DNA from: Leptolyngbyaceae cyanobacterium
Lineage (GTDB): Bacteria > Cyanobacteriota > Cyanobacteriia > Phormidesmidales > Phormidesmidaceae
Direction of reading: 5' to 3'
DNA: 64,000 bases
NCBI GenBank assembly: GCA_965263355.1
Contig: CBDHHL010000032.1
Span: 1,760,001-1,824,000, forward strand
The notes beneath the pieces are model-generated. The model had not been told where the DNA came from. It made no database searches and was given only the letters and a program-made list of their open reading frames with translations. Shown here piece by piece: positions 9,476 through 17,255 of the stretch. The position numbers and the translations under genes were made by a program. Position 1 is the stretch's first letter. The number at the start of each line of letters is the position of its first letter.

Positions 9476-10374
9476 TCAAAGGAGATTCTTTTTTATAACG
9501 CCTGACGTTTCCTGTAATTGCTGCACTAACGACCAAAATATATCAAAATTAGGAATCTGTTTAAGTTCAACCCTGGCTCAATGGCTACGGAGATAGCTTA
9601 AAACACTATTTGTATGGCATTTAACATGGACTTTGGTAGCACCATTGGCAACAGTACTTTGATCCAGGGTTACAGCTTGAAGTTCTGACCAGGGCAAGGT
9701 TTTATTGTTATAAGTGATACCATCAGTACTGAGGCTTAAGGGACCAAACTCGATGGTGTCTCCCTGTTGATAGGCTTGGGTTATTTGTTGCAATTTGTTA
9801 GGAAAGATTTGAGCTTTAACATGGTCGCCCACTTCGTCAAAGCCAGAGACAATCCGTTCGCCCGTTGTCAGTTCAAACTGATATGTGTGTAAGATTTTGC
9901 CACCTTTCAGGCTGGAGCGCATTGTTCCCGTTTGAGACTGTTCAGTCAGCATACCGCCTACTAACAGTGTTGCCAGGGGTATGGCAATATTTTGATCGTA
10001 ATAAATGTCTCGTTTGGTTTGATAGATGTTTTGAATATCGCAGTACAGGATGGCACGATACTGGTGGCGTTTGACAGTTACTAAGCCATAATCATAGAGA
10101 ATTTGACGATCGTGTCGTCGGCCCATGGCTTCATAGGCACCGACTAAACCAATTAGGATGCATAGGCTGAACAGGACATAGTAGGGGGCAGCTGACTAAG
10201 GTCTACGGACTGTGGTGAGCTGAGTACAACCAATAGGATAAAGCTTAAAAAGACGATACCAATGCCTCCGACTGCTAGGGTGAGGCTGATAAATGGGTTT
10301 TTCAGTAAGGGGTAGCGATAGGTGCCGAGGGTATTGCCAAGGGGGTATTGCTGTTCTAGTTGGTCTAGTGTCAT
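9476..10374 (-). pseudogene. DUF6585-like membrane protein, frameshifted and carrying a nonsense codon
   Basis: One extra C in the C5 run (10184-10188) joins ORF 10153-10374 to 9578-10126 via YYVLFSLCILIGLVGAYEA; after TGA (9578-9580) the frame continues ARVELKQIPNFDIFWSLV to a stop at 9476. Confidence 0.7.
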
Positions 10375-10547
10375 GGTGCTGATAGAGGTCAGACGAGATA
10401 TTGGTAGACCCTCAAGCGCAGTTTATCTGGACGGTTTTGGTGAAGTGGTGATGGTTTCTGCCGGATGGATTGTAGAAATCGACAATTATATGGGCTCAGT
10501 ATAGTTGAATATATGGGGCAACGATGGTCTAACAGGTCAATGTAATA

Positions 10548-10682
10548 CTAGTGGTCTGGCAAGCCTAAGATTTTCGGTAAGATGGTTAAAGAGCCAAGAG
10601 TCTAAAGGGATGAAGAGTCACTCTTTACCCGTCACCCTTTATCAGTAACCAACCCGAATTTTTAGCTTTGACGATGCATTAG
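10548..10682 (+). mobile_element. 135-bp MITE-like element, copy 2 (family A)
   Basis: CTAGTGGTCTGGCAAG...TTTGACGATGCATTAG; the terminal TTAG overlaps the stop codon of the TPR ORF. Confidence 0.8.
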
Positions 10683-10990
10683 TCGCTGGGTTCATTATTC
10701 TCTTGAATAGACTGAATTTTCTGAAGAGCATAGTCCTTTAAAGGGGCAACGTTAATCTCTTCGCCAATGGTAGCAGCAGCTTGTAGACTACTGATTGCTT
10801 GTTCGGTTTGGTTAAGGGCTAAGTAGGCATCAGAAATAAACATATATAGGTTTCGTCCCTGGCTATAGCGATCTCCGATTTGACTATAGACTGTTTGAGC
10901 AGTTTGATAGGCTTCCAGGGCTACGTTGGGGTCTTCCTCCAGGCTGCCAATGGCCTGAAGCGTATTGGCTTCGCCGAGGCGAGCACCCAC
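10679..10990 (-). CDS. C-terminal TPR cap of the NB-ARC/TPR protein (detached by the scrambled junction)
   Basis: Begins with the repeat segment GARLGEANTLQAIG, then degenerate TPR-like helices; no independent RBS seen. Confidence 0.7.
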   Translation of the reverse strand: MGARLGEANTLQAIGSLEEDPNVALEAYQTAQTVYSQIGDRYSQGRNLYMFISDAYLALNQTEQAISSLQAAATIGEEINVAPLKDYALQKIQSIQENNEPSD

Positions 10991-11031
10991 CTGGCGATAA
11001 ATGGCGTTCTCGATGGCGTTCTCGTAGTTTT

Positions 11032-14000
11032 CTAAGGCCTCATCTCTGCGGTCGAGAAATTGCCAAGCTTGGACGCTTCGAGGCCAATGGCGATTCTCGA
11101 GTTCTCGTATCTAAGGCGTTTGAGAAATTTCGCTTTGAGCGTATTGGCTTCGCCGAGGCGATCACCCACCTGGCGATAAATCTCGATGGCGTTCTCGTAG
11201 TTTTCTAAGGCCTCACTACTTCGTTTGAGAAATTGCAGCACGTCGCCAATGGCTTTGAGCGTATTGGCTTCGCCGAGGCGAGCACCCACCTGGCGATAAA
11301 TCTCGATGGCGTTCTCGTAGTTTTCTAAGGCCTCATCTCTGCGGTCGAGAAATTGCAGCACGTCGCCAATGGCTTTGAGCGTATTGGCTTCGCCGAGGCG
11401 AGCACCCACCTGGCGATAAATCTCGATGGCGTTCTCGTAGTTTTCTAAGGCCTCACTACTTCGTTTGAGAAATTGCAGCACGTCGCCAATGGCTTTGAGC
11501 GTATTGGCTTCGCCGAGGCGAGCACCCACCTGGCGATAAATCTCGATGGCGTTCTCGTAGTTTTCTAAGGCCTCACTACTTCGTTTGAGAAATTGCAGCA
11601 CGTCGCCAATGGCTTGGAGCGTATTGGCTTCGCCGAGGCGATCACCCACCTGGCGATAAATCTCGATGGCGTTCTCGTAGTTTTCTAAGGCCTCACTACT
11701 TCGTTTGAGAAATTGCAGCACGTCGCCAATGGCTTGGAGCGTATTGGCTTCGCCGAGGCGATCACCCACCTGGCGATAAATCTCGATGGCGTTCTCGTAG
11801 TTTTCTAAGGCCTCATCTCTGCGGTCGAGAAATTGCAGCACGTCGCCAATGGCTTTGAGCGTATTGGCTTCGCCGAGGCGAGCACCCACCTGGCGATAAA
11901 TCTCGATGGCGTTCTCGTAGTTTTCTAAGGCCTCACTACTTCGTTTGAGAAATTGCAGCACGTCGCCAATGGCTTTGAGCGTATTGGCTTCGCCGAGGCG
12001 AGCACCCACCTGGCGATAAATCTCGATGGCGTTCTCGTAGTTTTCTAAGGCCTCACTACTTCGTTTGAGAAATTGCAGCACGTCGCCAATGGCTTGGAGC
12101 GTATTGGCTTCGCCGAGGCGATCACCCACCTGGCGATAAATCTCGATGGCGTTCTCGTAGTTTTCTAAGGCCTCACTACTTCGTTTGAGAAATTGCAGCA
12201 CGTCGCCAATGGCTTTGAGCGTATTGGCTTCGCCGAGGCGAGCACCCACCTGGCGATAAATCTCGATGGCGTTCTCGTAGTTTTCTAAGGCCTCATCTCT
12301 GCGGTTGAGAAATTGCAGCACGTCGCCAATGGCTTTGAGCGTATTGGCTTCGCCGAGGCGAGCACCCACCTGGCGATAAATCTCGATGGCGTTCTCGTAG
12401 TTTTCTAAGGCCTCATCTCTGCGGTCGAGAAATTGCAGCACGTCGCCAATGGCTTGGAGCGTATTGGCTTCGCCGAGGCGAGCACCCACCTGGCGATAAA
12501 TCTCGATGGCGTTCTCGTAGTTTTCTAAGGCCTCATCTCTGCGGTCGAGAAATTGCAGCACGTCGCCAATGGCTTTGAGCGTATTGGCTTCGCCGAGGCG
12601 AGCACCCACCTGGCGATAAATCTCGATGGCGTTCTCGTAGTTTTCTAAGGCCTCATCTCTGCGGTCGAGAAATTGCAGCACGTCGCCAATGGCTTTGAGC
12701 GTATTGGCTTCGCCGAGGCGATCACCCACCTGGCGATAAATCTCGATGGCGTTCTCGTAGTTTTCTAAGGCCTCATCTCTGCGGTCGAGAAATTGCAGCA
12801 CGTCGCCGTATTTCTTCAAAACATCAGCGTATATTCTCTTATCCTCATTTTCGGGAATCCAGCCCCATAAAGCTACCTCGTATAGCTCATGGCGGACCTG
12901 ACTATAGCCCCGTAGCTGTAACACCATATCCAAACTGCTGTAGCGGTCTTCCTCATCCGTATCCTGCCATAGCAAATTCAGGGCTTCGGTGCGTTGCTCT
13001 AACTGGCAGAGATGATAGAAAAGTTCTTTATAGGCAAATGTTTCTGCCAGCTGAGTGCTCGGTCCCAAATATGGCTGCAGCTGGGGCAAATAAAACTTGA
13101 CAGCCTTCTGATGACCATCATTATTTCCATTCCGGTTCAAATATCGCTGAATTAGCGGCTGAAACTGATACTGCCAAAGGCGCTCACCATTAATGGAGTC
13201 TTTTTGGGCCACCAGCAACGATCGTTTGGCCAGCTGCCGCAGTTGCTGATCACTTATCGTGTCGTTTACCATCGCTTGGGCCGCCTTCAGGGTAAACGGC
13301 TGTCGATAGACACTGCTATATTGCAGCACATGCCGTAGCGTTTCCGGTAGCCGCTCTAATGTTGCCTCTAGCAGTTTGGCAATGCTGGTTTCCGGTTGAC
13401 CGCGATGTAACCCAATCAGGTCAAACAGATTCATCCCGCTAATAGTAGTGAGATTATTCACATGGGGGTCGTCTTCGTCGTCGTCAAGCAGCCAGCCCGC
13501 TGACAGTTTCAACAATAGGGGATGCCCCTCTGCTGCATCCACCAGCGTTTGTAACTCTATTTCATTGCCTACTATGTCAAGCTTTTGCAATAAGCTCACT
13601 CCAGCCGGGGTGCTTAGACCATCTACTTGTTGCCATTTACAATAAGGCCGCACATTGGCAGGCAGCTTGGGCTCCTCTCGACTAGTGACTAAAACCTTAC
13701 TAGCACTTTTGCTGCCCAACCACCCTAATAAAAATGTCTCATAGCCGTTATCAATCCAGGTACCATCAGATTGCAGTAATGTTTCCAGGTTGTCTAAAAT
13801 CAGCAAATAGCAACCGACTGACAGTTGATTAATTACCCGATCCGCAAGTTCCTTATTACCTGTCTGGTCATCTACTGCCAGATTAAAGTGAGCTAAAAAC
13901 CATCGCCCCCAGATTGCAAACGAATAGGGCTGGTTAAACGAAATGGCCAGGGTAAATTTTATTCTATGTTCTACTCTTTGACACTGCTCCTTAATGATTT

Positions 14001-14193
14001 CTGCCAAAGCCGATTTGCCAAAGCCCCCAGCACCTTTAAGGCCGATCAGCTGTATGGCATCCTTTGTTAGCCAGGTGTGTAAATTTTCCAGCTCAGTCTC
14101 TCGCCCCTGCCAGTGACGGGTATCGGGACGAAAGTTGGGGCTAATAAAATCATCCGGGTTTAACGTTGGCTGGACCGCTCCAGACGACTCTAG
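11032..14193 (-). CDS. NB-ARC (STAND) ATPase + TPR repeats, NLR-like; frame open back to the TAG at 14194-14196
   Basis: WQGRETEL, Walker A GAGGFGKS (14011-14034, upstream of the ORF-track start at 14007), Walker B LLILDNLE, VLVTSRE, GHPLLL, then 14 x 40-aa TPRs. Confidence 0.9.
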   Translation of the reverse strand, partial: LESSGAVQPTLNPDDFISPNFRPDTRHWQGRETELENLHTWLTKDAIQLIGLKGAGGFGKSALAEIIKEQCQRVEHRIKFTLAISFNQPYSFAIWGRWFLAHFNLAVDDQTGNKELADRVINQLSVGCYLLILDNLETLLQSDGTWIDNGYETFLLGWLGSKSASKVLVTSREEPKLPANVRPYCKWQQVDGLSTPAGVSLLQKLDIVGNEIELQTLVDAAEGHPLLLKLSAGWLLDDDEDDPHVNNLTTISGMNLFDLIGLHRGQPETSIAKLLEATLERLPETLRHVLQYSSVYRQPFTLKAAQAMVNDTISDQQLRQLAKRSLLVAQKDSINGERLWQYQFQPLIQRYLNRNGNNDGHQKAVKFYLPQLQPYLGPSTQLAETFAYKELFYHLCQLEQRTEALNLLWQDTDEEDRYSSLDMVLQLRGYSQVRHELYEVALWGWIPENEDKRIYADVLKKYGDVLQFLDRRDEALENYENAIEIYRQVGDRLGEANTLKAIGDVLQFLDRRDEALENYENAIEIYRQVGARLGEANTLKAIGDVLQFLDRRDEALENYENAIEIYRQVGARLGEANTLQAIGDVLQFLDRRDEALENYENAIEIYRQVGARLGEANTLKAIGDVLQFLNRRDEALENYENAIEIYRQVGARLGEANTLKAIGDVLQFLKRSSEALENYENAIEIYRQVGDRLGEANTLQAIGDVLQFLKRSSEALENYENAIEIYRQVGARLGEANTLKAIGDVLQFLKRSSEALENYENAIEIYRQVGARLGEANTLKAIGDVLQFLDRRDEALENYENAIEIYRQVGDRLGEANTLQAIGDVLQFLKRSSEALENYENAIEIYRQVGDRLGEANTLQAIGDVLQFLKRSSEALENYENAIEIYRQVGARLGEANTLKAIGDVLQFLKRSSEALENYENAIEIYRQVGARLGEANTLKAIGDVLQFLDRRDEALENYENAIEIYRQVGARLGEANTLKAIGDVLQFLKRSSEALENYENAIEIYRQVGDRLGEANTLKAKFLKRLRYENSRIAIGLEASKLGNFSTAEMRP
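11132..12807 (-). repeat. tandem array of 14 near-identical 120-bp units encoding 40-aa TPRs
   Basis: Exact 120-bp period visible in the DNA; variation only at DRRD/NRRD/KRSS, D/A and K/Q. Confidence 0.97.
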
Positions 14194-14649
14194 CTAATCG
14201 GTTTTCTGAACATAAGTAATATTTTGAGTACCGCCAATGTAGTTGGTGCTGTTATTTCCGTCGATCTGGTTAATATAGCCCGTAGCGTTGTCGTGGATAT
14301 TTTGCACAGTCGAGCTATTGTCGTTAACCTTGCCAAGGTTAATTTCCTGACCCAGCAGCGTTAGTTCATTAGCAAACTGCGGATCTTCCCGCATGGCAAT
14401 CTTCAAATAATCGGAAACGGCCTCCAGGTCTTCTGTATTACCTTGACTGGCTTCTAACCGTTTTGCTGCATTTACCGCCGGAGCGTTGCCCGTCAGTCGC
14501 GTCATAATTTTCTGGCGCAGCTCCTCCATTTTACCCAGGGCCGCTTCGGTAAATTTCTTGGCTGTTTCCCCTGCCGCCGTTTCCAAAAATTTCTTAAATG
14601 CCAACTCTGTGAGGGCTGATGCTGTGAATGTAGCGACCGGTCCGACCAT
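14194..14649 (-). CDS. Bell-like helical effector domain with C-terminal amyloid-like (BASS-type) motif
   Basis: ATG at 14649 preceded by GAAGGT; TASALTELAFKKFLETAAGETAKKFTEAAL...AMREDPQFANEL helical domain; tail NDNSSTVQNIHDNATGYINQIDGNNSTNYIGGTQNITY; in frame with the downstream NB-ARC. Confidence 0.7.
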   Translation of the reverse strand: MVGPVATFTASALTELAFKKFLETAAGETAKKFTEAALGKMEELRQKIMTRLTGNAPAVNAAKRLEASQGNTEDLEAVSDYLKIAMREDPQFANELTLLGQEINLGKVNDNSSTVQNIHDNATGYINQIDGNNSTNYIGGTQNITYVQKTD

Positions 14650-14754
14650 CGTGATAACCTTCAGATACTTCAATCAGTTTCGTTATAACTTAACAATCCT
14701 GATATCGGTAATTCCTGAAAGTTTTTGATAGGGTTTACAGTTTATTGCCATAGT

Positions 14755-15327
14755 TTATTGCCATGTTTCGATATCTGGCCGTAGGGGGTCCTTTAGTTGA
14801 AAGCCACCGGACATCCATGACCAAAAGTCAGGAGCGTGTAGAGCCATTCGTCTGATCGCGTAATCTGGCAAGACAAAGACCATTAGATACGGCAGTTGAA
14901 GGGTAAATACATCACGAACCCAGTTAAGATTTACTAAAAATGGCGGATATTCTCCCTTTTTACCAATCGAATTTTCTAATCCTTGCAAGATAAATACTAG
15001 CTTTTTGCCGTTGGCCTGCTTGATAACGGTTGGTAGTACAGCTTTAATTTCGGGTATCAAATAGCGGAGCTGAGGATTGTTGAACTTTAAGGTTTCAAAA
15101 TGGATGTTGTGGCAGCGTGGATGGTGTTGAAGATGATCGGCAATACCATTTATGTCCCAGGAGACTATATTCCAGGATAAACTGACTGCGATAAAGCCTA
15201 GGGTGAATCCCTCTGAGAAATCAGCAAAAACAGCTAGTTCATTGAGTGTTTTTACATTTAATTTTAAAAACTCAGTAGATAAAGAAGTGTTTAATCTCTC
15301 TTGCATGTGGTGATGATTTTGCCTCAC
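14755..15327 (-). CDS. isolated 'APDFW'-type N-terminal domain of cyanobacterial TPR proteins (probably truncated)
   Basis: LNWVRD...LPDYAIRRMALHAPDFWSW motif; ORF ends shortly afterwards, without TPRs. Confidence 0.55.
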   Translation of the reverse strand: MRQNHHHMQERLNTSLSTEFLKLNVKTLNELAVFADFSEGFTLGFIAVSLSWNIVSWDINGIADHLQHHPRCHNIHFETLKFNNPQLRYLIPEIKAVLPTVIKQANGKKLVFILQGLENSIGKKGEYPPFLVNLNWVRDVFTLQLPYLMVFVLPDYAIRRMALHAPDFWSWMSGGFQLKDPLRPDIETWQ

Positions 15328-15488
15328 AGAGCAAATTTTATCAAACTTCCGTTTCTTGAATTCGTTGAACGTTGGGTAACTATAGATATCAGCTACCTCA
15401 GTCTATTCCTTCTTTGTCCATCCCCCCCCACAGAGATCACTATGTCCCATACAATGAAATTAAACCCAGTGCGAACACCAGACAGGCC

Positions 15489-16169
15489 ATGGCATTAACC
15501 GCGCAAGAACTGGCAGATCTAATGCCAGATGCCACTCAACTAGAAAGTAATGAACCAGAAATGGAAAGTTCGTTGCACTATGCCCAGCTAGCATTGCTAG
15601 TAGCCTGTTTAGACTGGTTATGGCGGGACCGAACCGACTTTTTTATTGGCGCTAATCTAACCATTTACTTTAGTCGAGAACAGCTCAAAAATCGTGACTA
15701 CCGTGGCCCAGACTTCTTTTTAATCAAAAATACTGAGCGGCATCCCCGCAAATCTTGGGTGGTTTGGGAAGAGCGGGGTCAATATCCCGATTTAATTATT
15801 GAATTGCTGTCCGAGTCAACGGCAAAGACCGATAAAAACTTAAAGAAGGCCCTCTATCAAGACCGATTTCGCACGCCAGAATATTTCTGGTTTTCACCGG
15901 AGACCCTAGAGTTTGAAGGGTTTCGATTAGTGGACCAACGCTATGAACCAATCGCGCCCACAGAAAATGGATACCTTTGGAGTCAGGCCCTTGAGCTTTA
16001 CCTGGGTGTTCAAGCAGGGCAGTTGCGCTATTTCCAAGAAAATAGGGAGCTGGTGTTAACCCCTGAGGAAGCAGCAGAACAGGCTCAAACGCAGGCTCAG
16101 GAAGCTGCAGCACGAGCTGCTAGATTAGCAGAGCAGCTAAGGGCATTGGGCATAGAACCGGATAGTTAG
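15489..16169 (+). CDS. Uma2 family (DUF820) endonuclease-like protein
   Basis: MESSLH, RGPDFF, RKSWVVWEE...PDLIIELLSESTA, EYFWFSP, C-terminal AEQLRALGIEP. Confidence 0.92.
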   Translation: MALTAQELADLMPDATQLESNEPEMESSLHYAQLALLVACLDWLWRDRTDFFIGANLTIYFSREQLKNRDYRGPDFFLIKNTERHPRKSWVVWEERGQYPDLIIELLSESTAKTDKNLKKALYQDRFRTPEYFWFSPETLEFEGFRLVDQRYEPIAPTENGYLWSQALELYLGVQAGQLRYFQENRELVLTPEEAAEQAQTQAQEAAARAARLAEQLRALGIEPDS

Positions 16170-16190
16170 AGGGCTAACTCTGGCAAGACC

Positions 16191-17255
16191 CTACAATCCA
16201 GAATCTCTTACCTTATAATCAATCTCCTCCACTGGCAGATTCTCACAATCCAAATCCCCATACCGCAGCTGCAACCTGCGTTCCTTTGCATACTCCACTA
16301 GCCTGCCACCATACTTCTCCGCTTCCGTCCCCAACCCCTGGATGCGGATTTTGCCGTTAAACACCGTTGCCCGCGCCAAATAGATTACCAAATCATCCCG
16401 CGAAGGCCGATTCACTGTCACACTGGCGGTCAAGTGCGCTACCCCCCGCTCATCCAACTCCTGGGGCAACGCCATCGCCGTATTCCGAATTCCCCGAATC
16501 GCCACAATCGCCGAAGCAATTGCCATCGTAATATCCACCCCATCATCCGTCAAAATCTGATTGTTTGACAGATACTGAAAATTTCTCTCCCGCAGATCAT
16601 CACGAATACGACGATGAATGAGATTGTGTTGGTTGTAATGGGTTAATGCCCCCACAATGGCACCACAAGCAGCCCGAGGTTCTCGCCAGGGAGACTCTCG
16701 GGTTTTGCCATAAATCTGTTTATCGCCATCCCGCAAACGGCCCACATGGGTCTTTAGATCAATCGCCACCAGCGATATCGACTGTGGATTGCCCGCATAC
16801 ACCCGTCGCTTGAGGGCTTCGTCCAGCTCATGGGCCACCGTCACATGGGCCAATGTCGCCCCATTATCTGTCCCCCCACCCGCCGGGAAAAACGCCTCTA
16901 GCTTGAGTTCGCCAATTTCAGACAGTGTGGCAAATCGGGAGGCGACTACATCTCGATAGCGTTTGGTCGCCTCGCCCTGGTGGATGCGATCGCCACAGTT
17001 AGTATAGGCCAACGTCGTTACCACACTCGGCAAACTCATATCCGCACCACAGGCCTTGATATCCGTCGGGCTGACTGCCGCAAACTGCAGTTCATCCCGC
17101 AAAATTTGCAACCCTTTAATTAGGGCGTAGCGATCGCTAACGATTTCATTCAGATAGTTGTGGTACGCATTGCGCTCCATGCCAAAGCTAGCGCCTAGCT
17201 GCCAAAAGCGGTCTACTCGGCCTTGGGTCGCTACTGCATCAAAAGGGATGGTCAT
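16191..17255 (-). CDS. hypothetical protein, possible LCIB-like beta-carbonic anhydrase
   Basis: Order of NCGDR ... THVG ... ACGAIVGAL resembles the Cys/His/Cys zinc ligands of the LCIB/LCIC family; overlaps the upstream gene by ATGA. Confidence 0.5.
   Translation of the reverse strand: MTIPFDAVATQGRVDRFWQLGASFGMERNAYHNYLNEIVSDRYALIKGLQILRDELQFAAVSPTDIKACGADMSLPSVVTTLAYTNCGDRIHQGEATKRYRDVVASRFATLSEIGELKLEAFFPAGGGTDNGATLAHVTVAHELDEALKRRVYAGNPQSISLVAIDLKTHVGRLRDGDKQIYGKTRESPWREPRAACGAIVGALTHYNQHNLIHRRIRDDLRERNFQYLSNNQILTDDGVDITMAIASAIVAIRGIRNTAMALPQELDERGVAHLTASVTVNRPSRDDLVIYLARATVFNGKIRIQGLGTEAEKYGGRLVEYAKERRLQLRYGDLDCENLPVEEIDYKVRDSGL

Noticed and set aside
11132..12807. CRISPR array
   Set aside because: Units are contiguous 120-bp coding repeats with no unique spacers, and there are no cas genes.
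11132..12807. Diversity-generating retroelement acting on the TPR repeats
   Set aside because: The variants involve adenine but in both directions, so they do not fit one template. Only a few recurring alleles exist, and there is no reverse transcriptase in the window. Unequal recombination explains the pattern better.
14007..14007. ORF-track start of the NB-ARC protein
   Set aside because: The TTG lies downstream of Walker A and would give a non-functional NTPase; the frame is open 62 codons further upstream.
14194..14196. Pyrrolysine or genetic-code reassignment of TAG
   Set aside because: Many ordinary genes in the window end in TAG (e.g. 1920, 44973, 46765), and no pyl genes are present.
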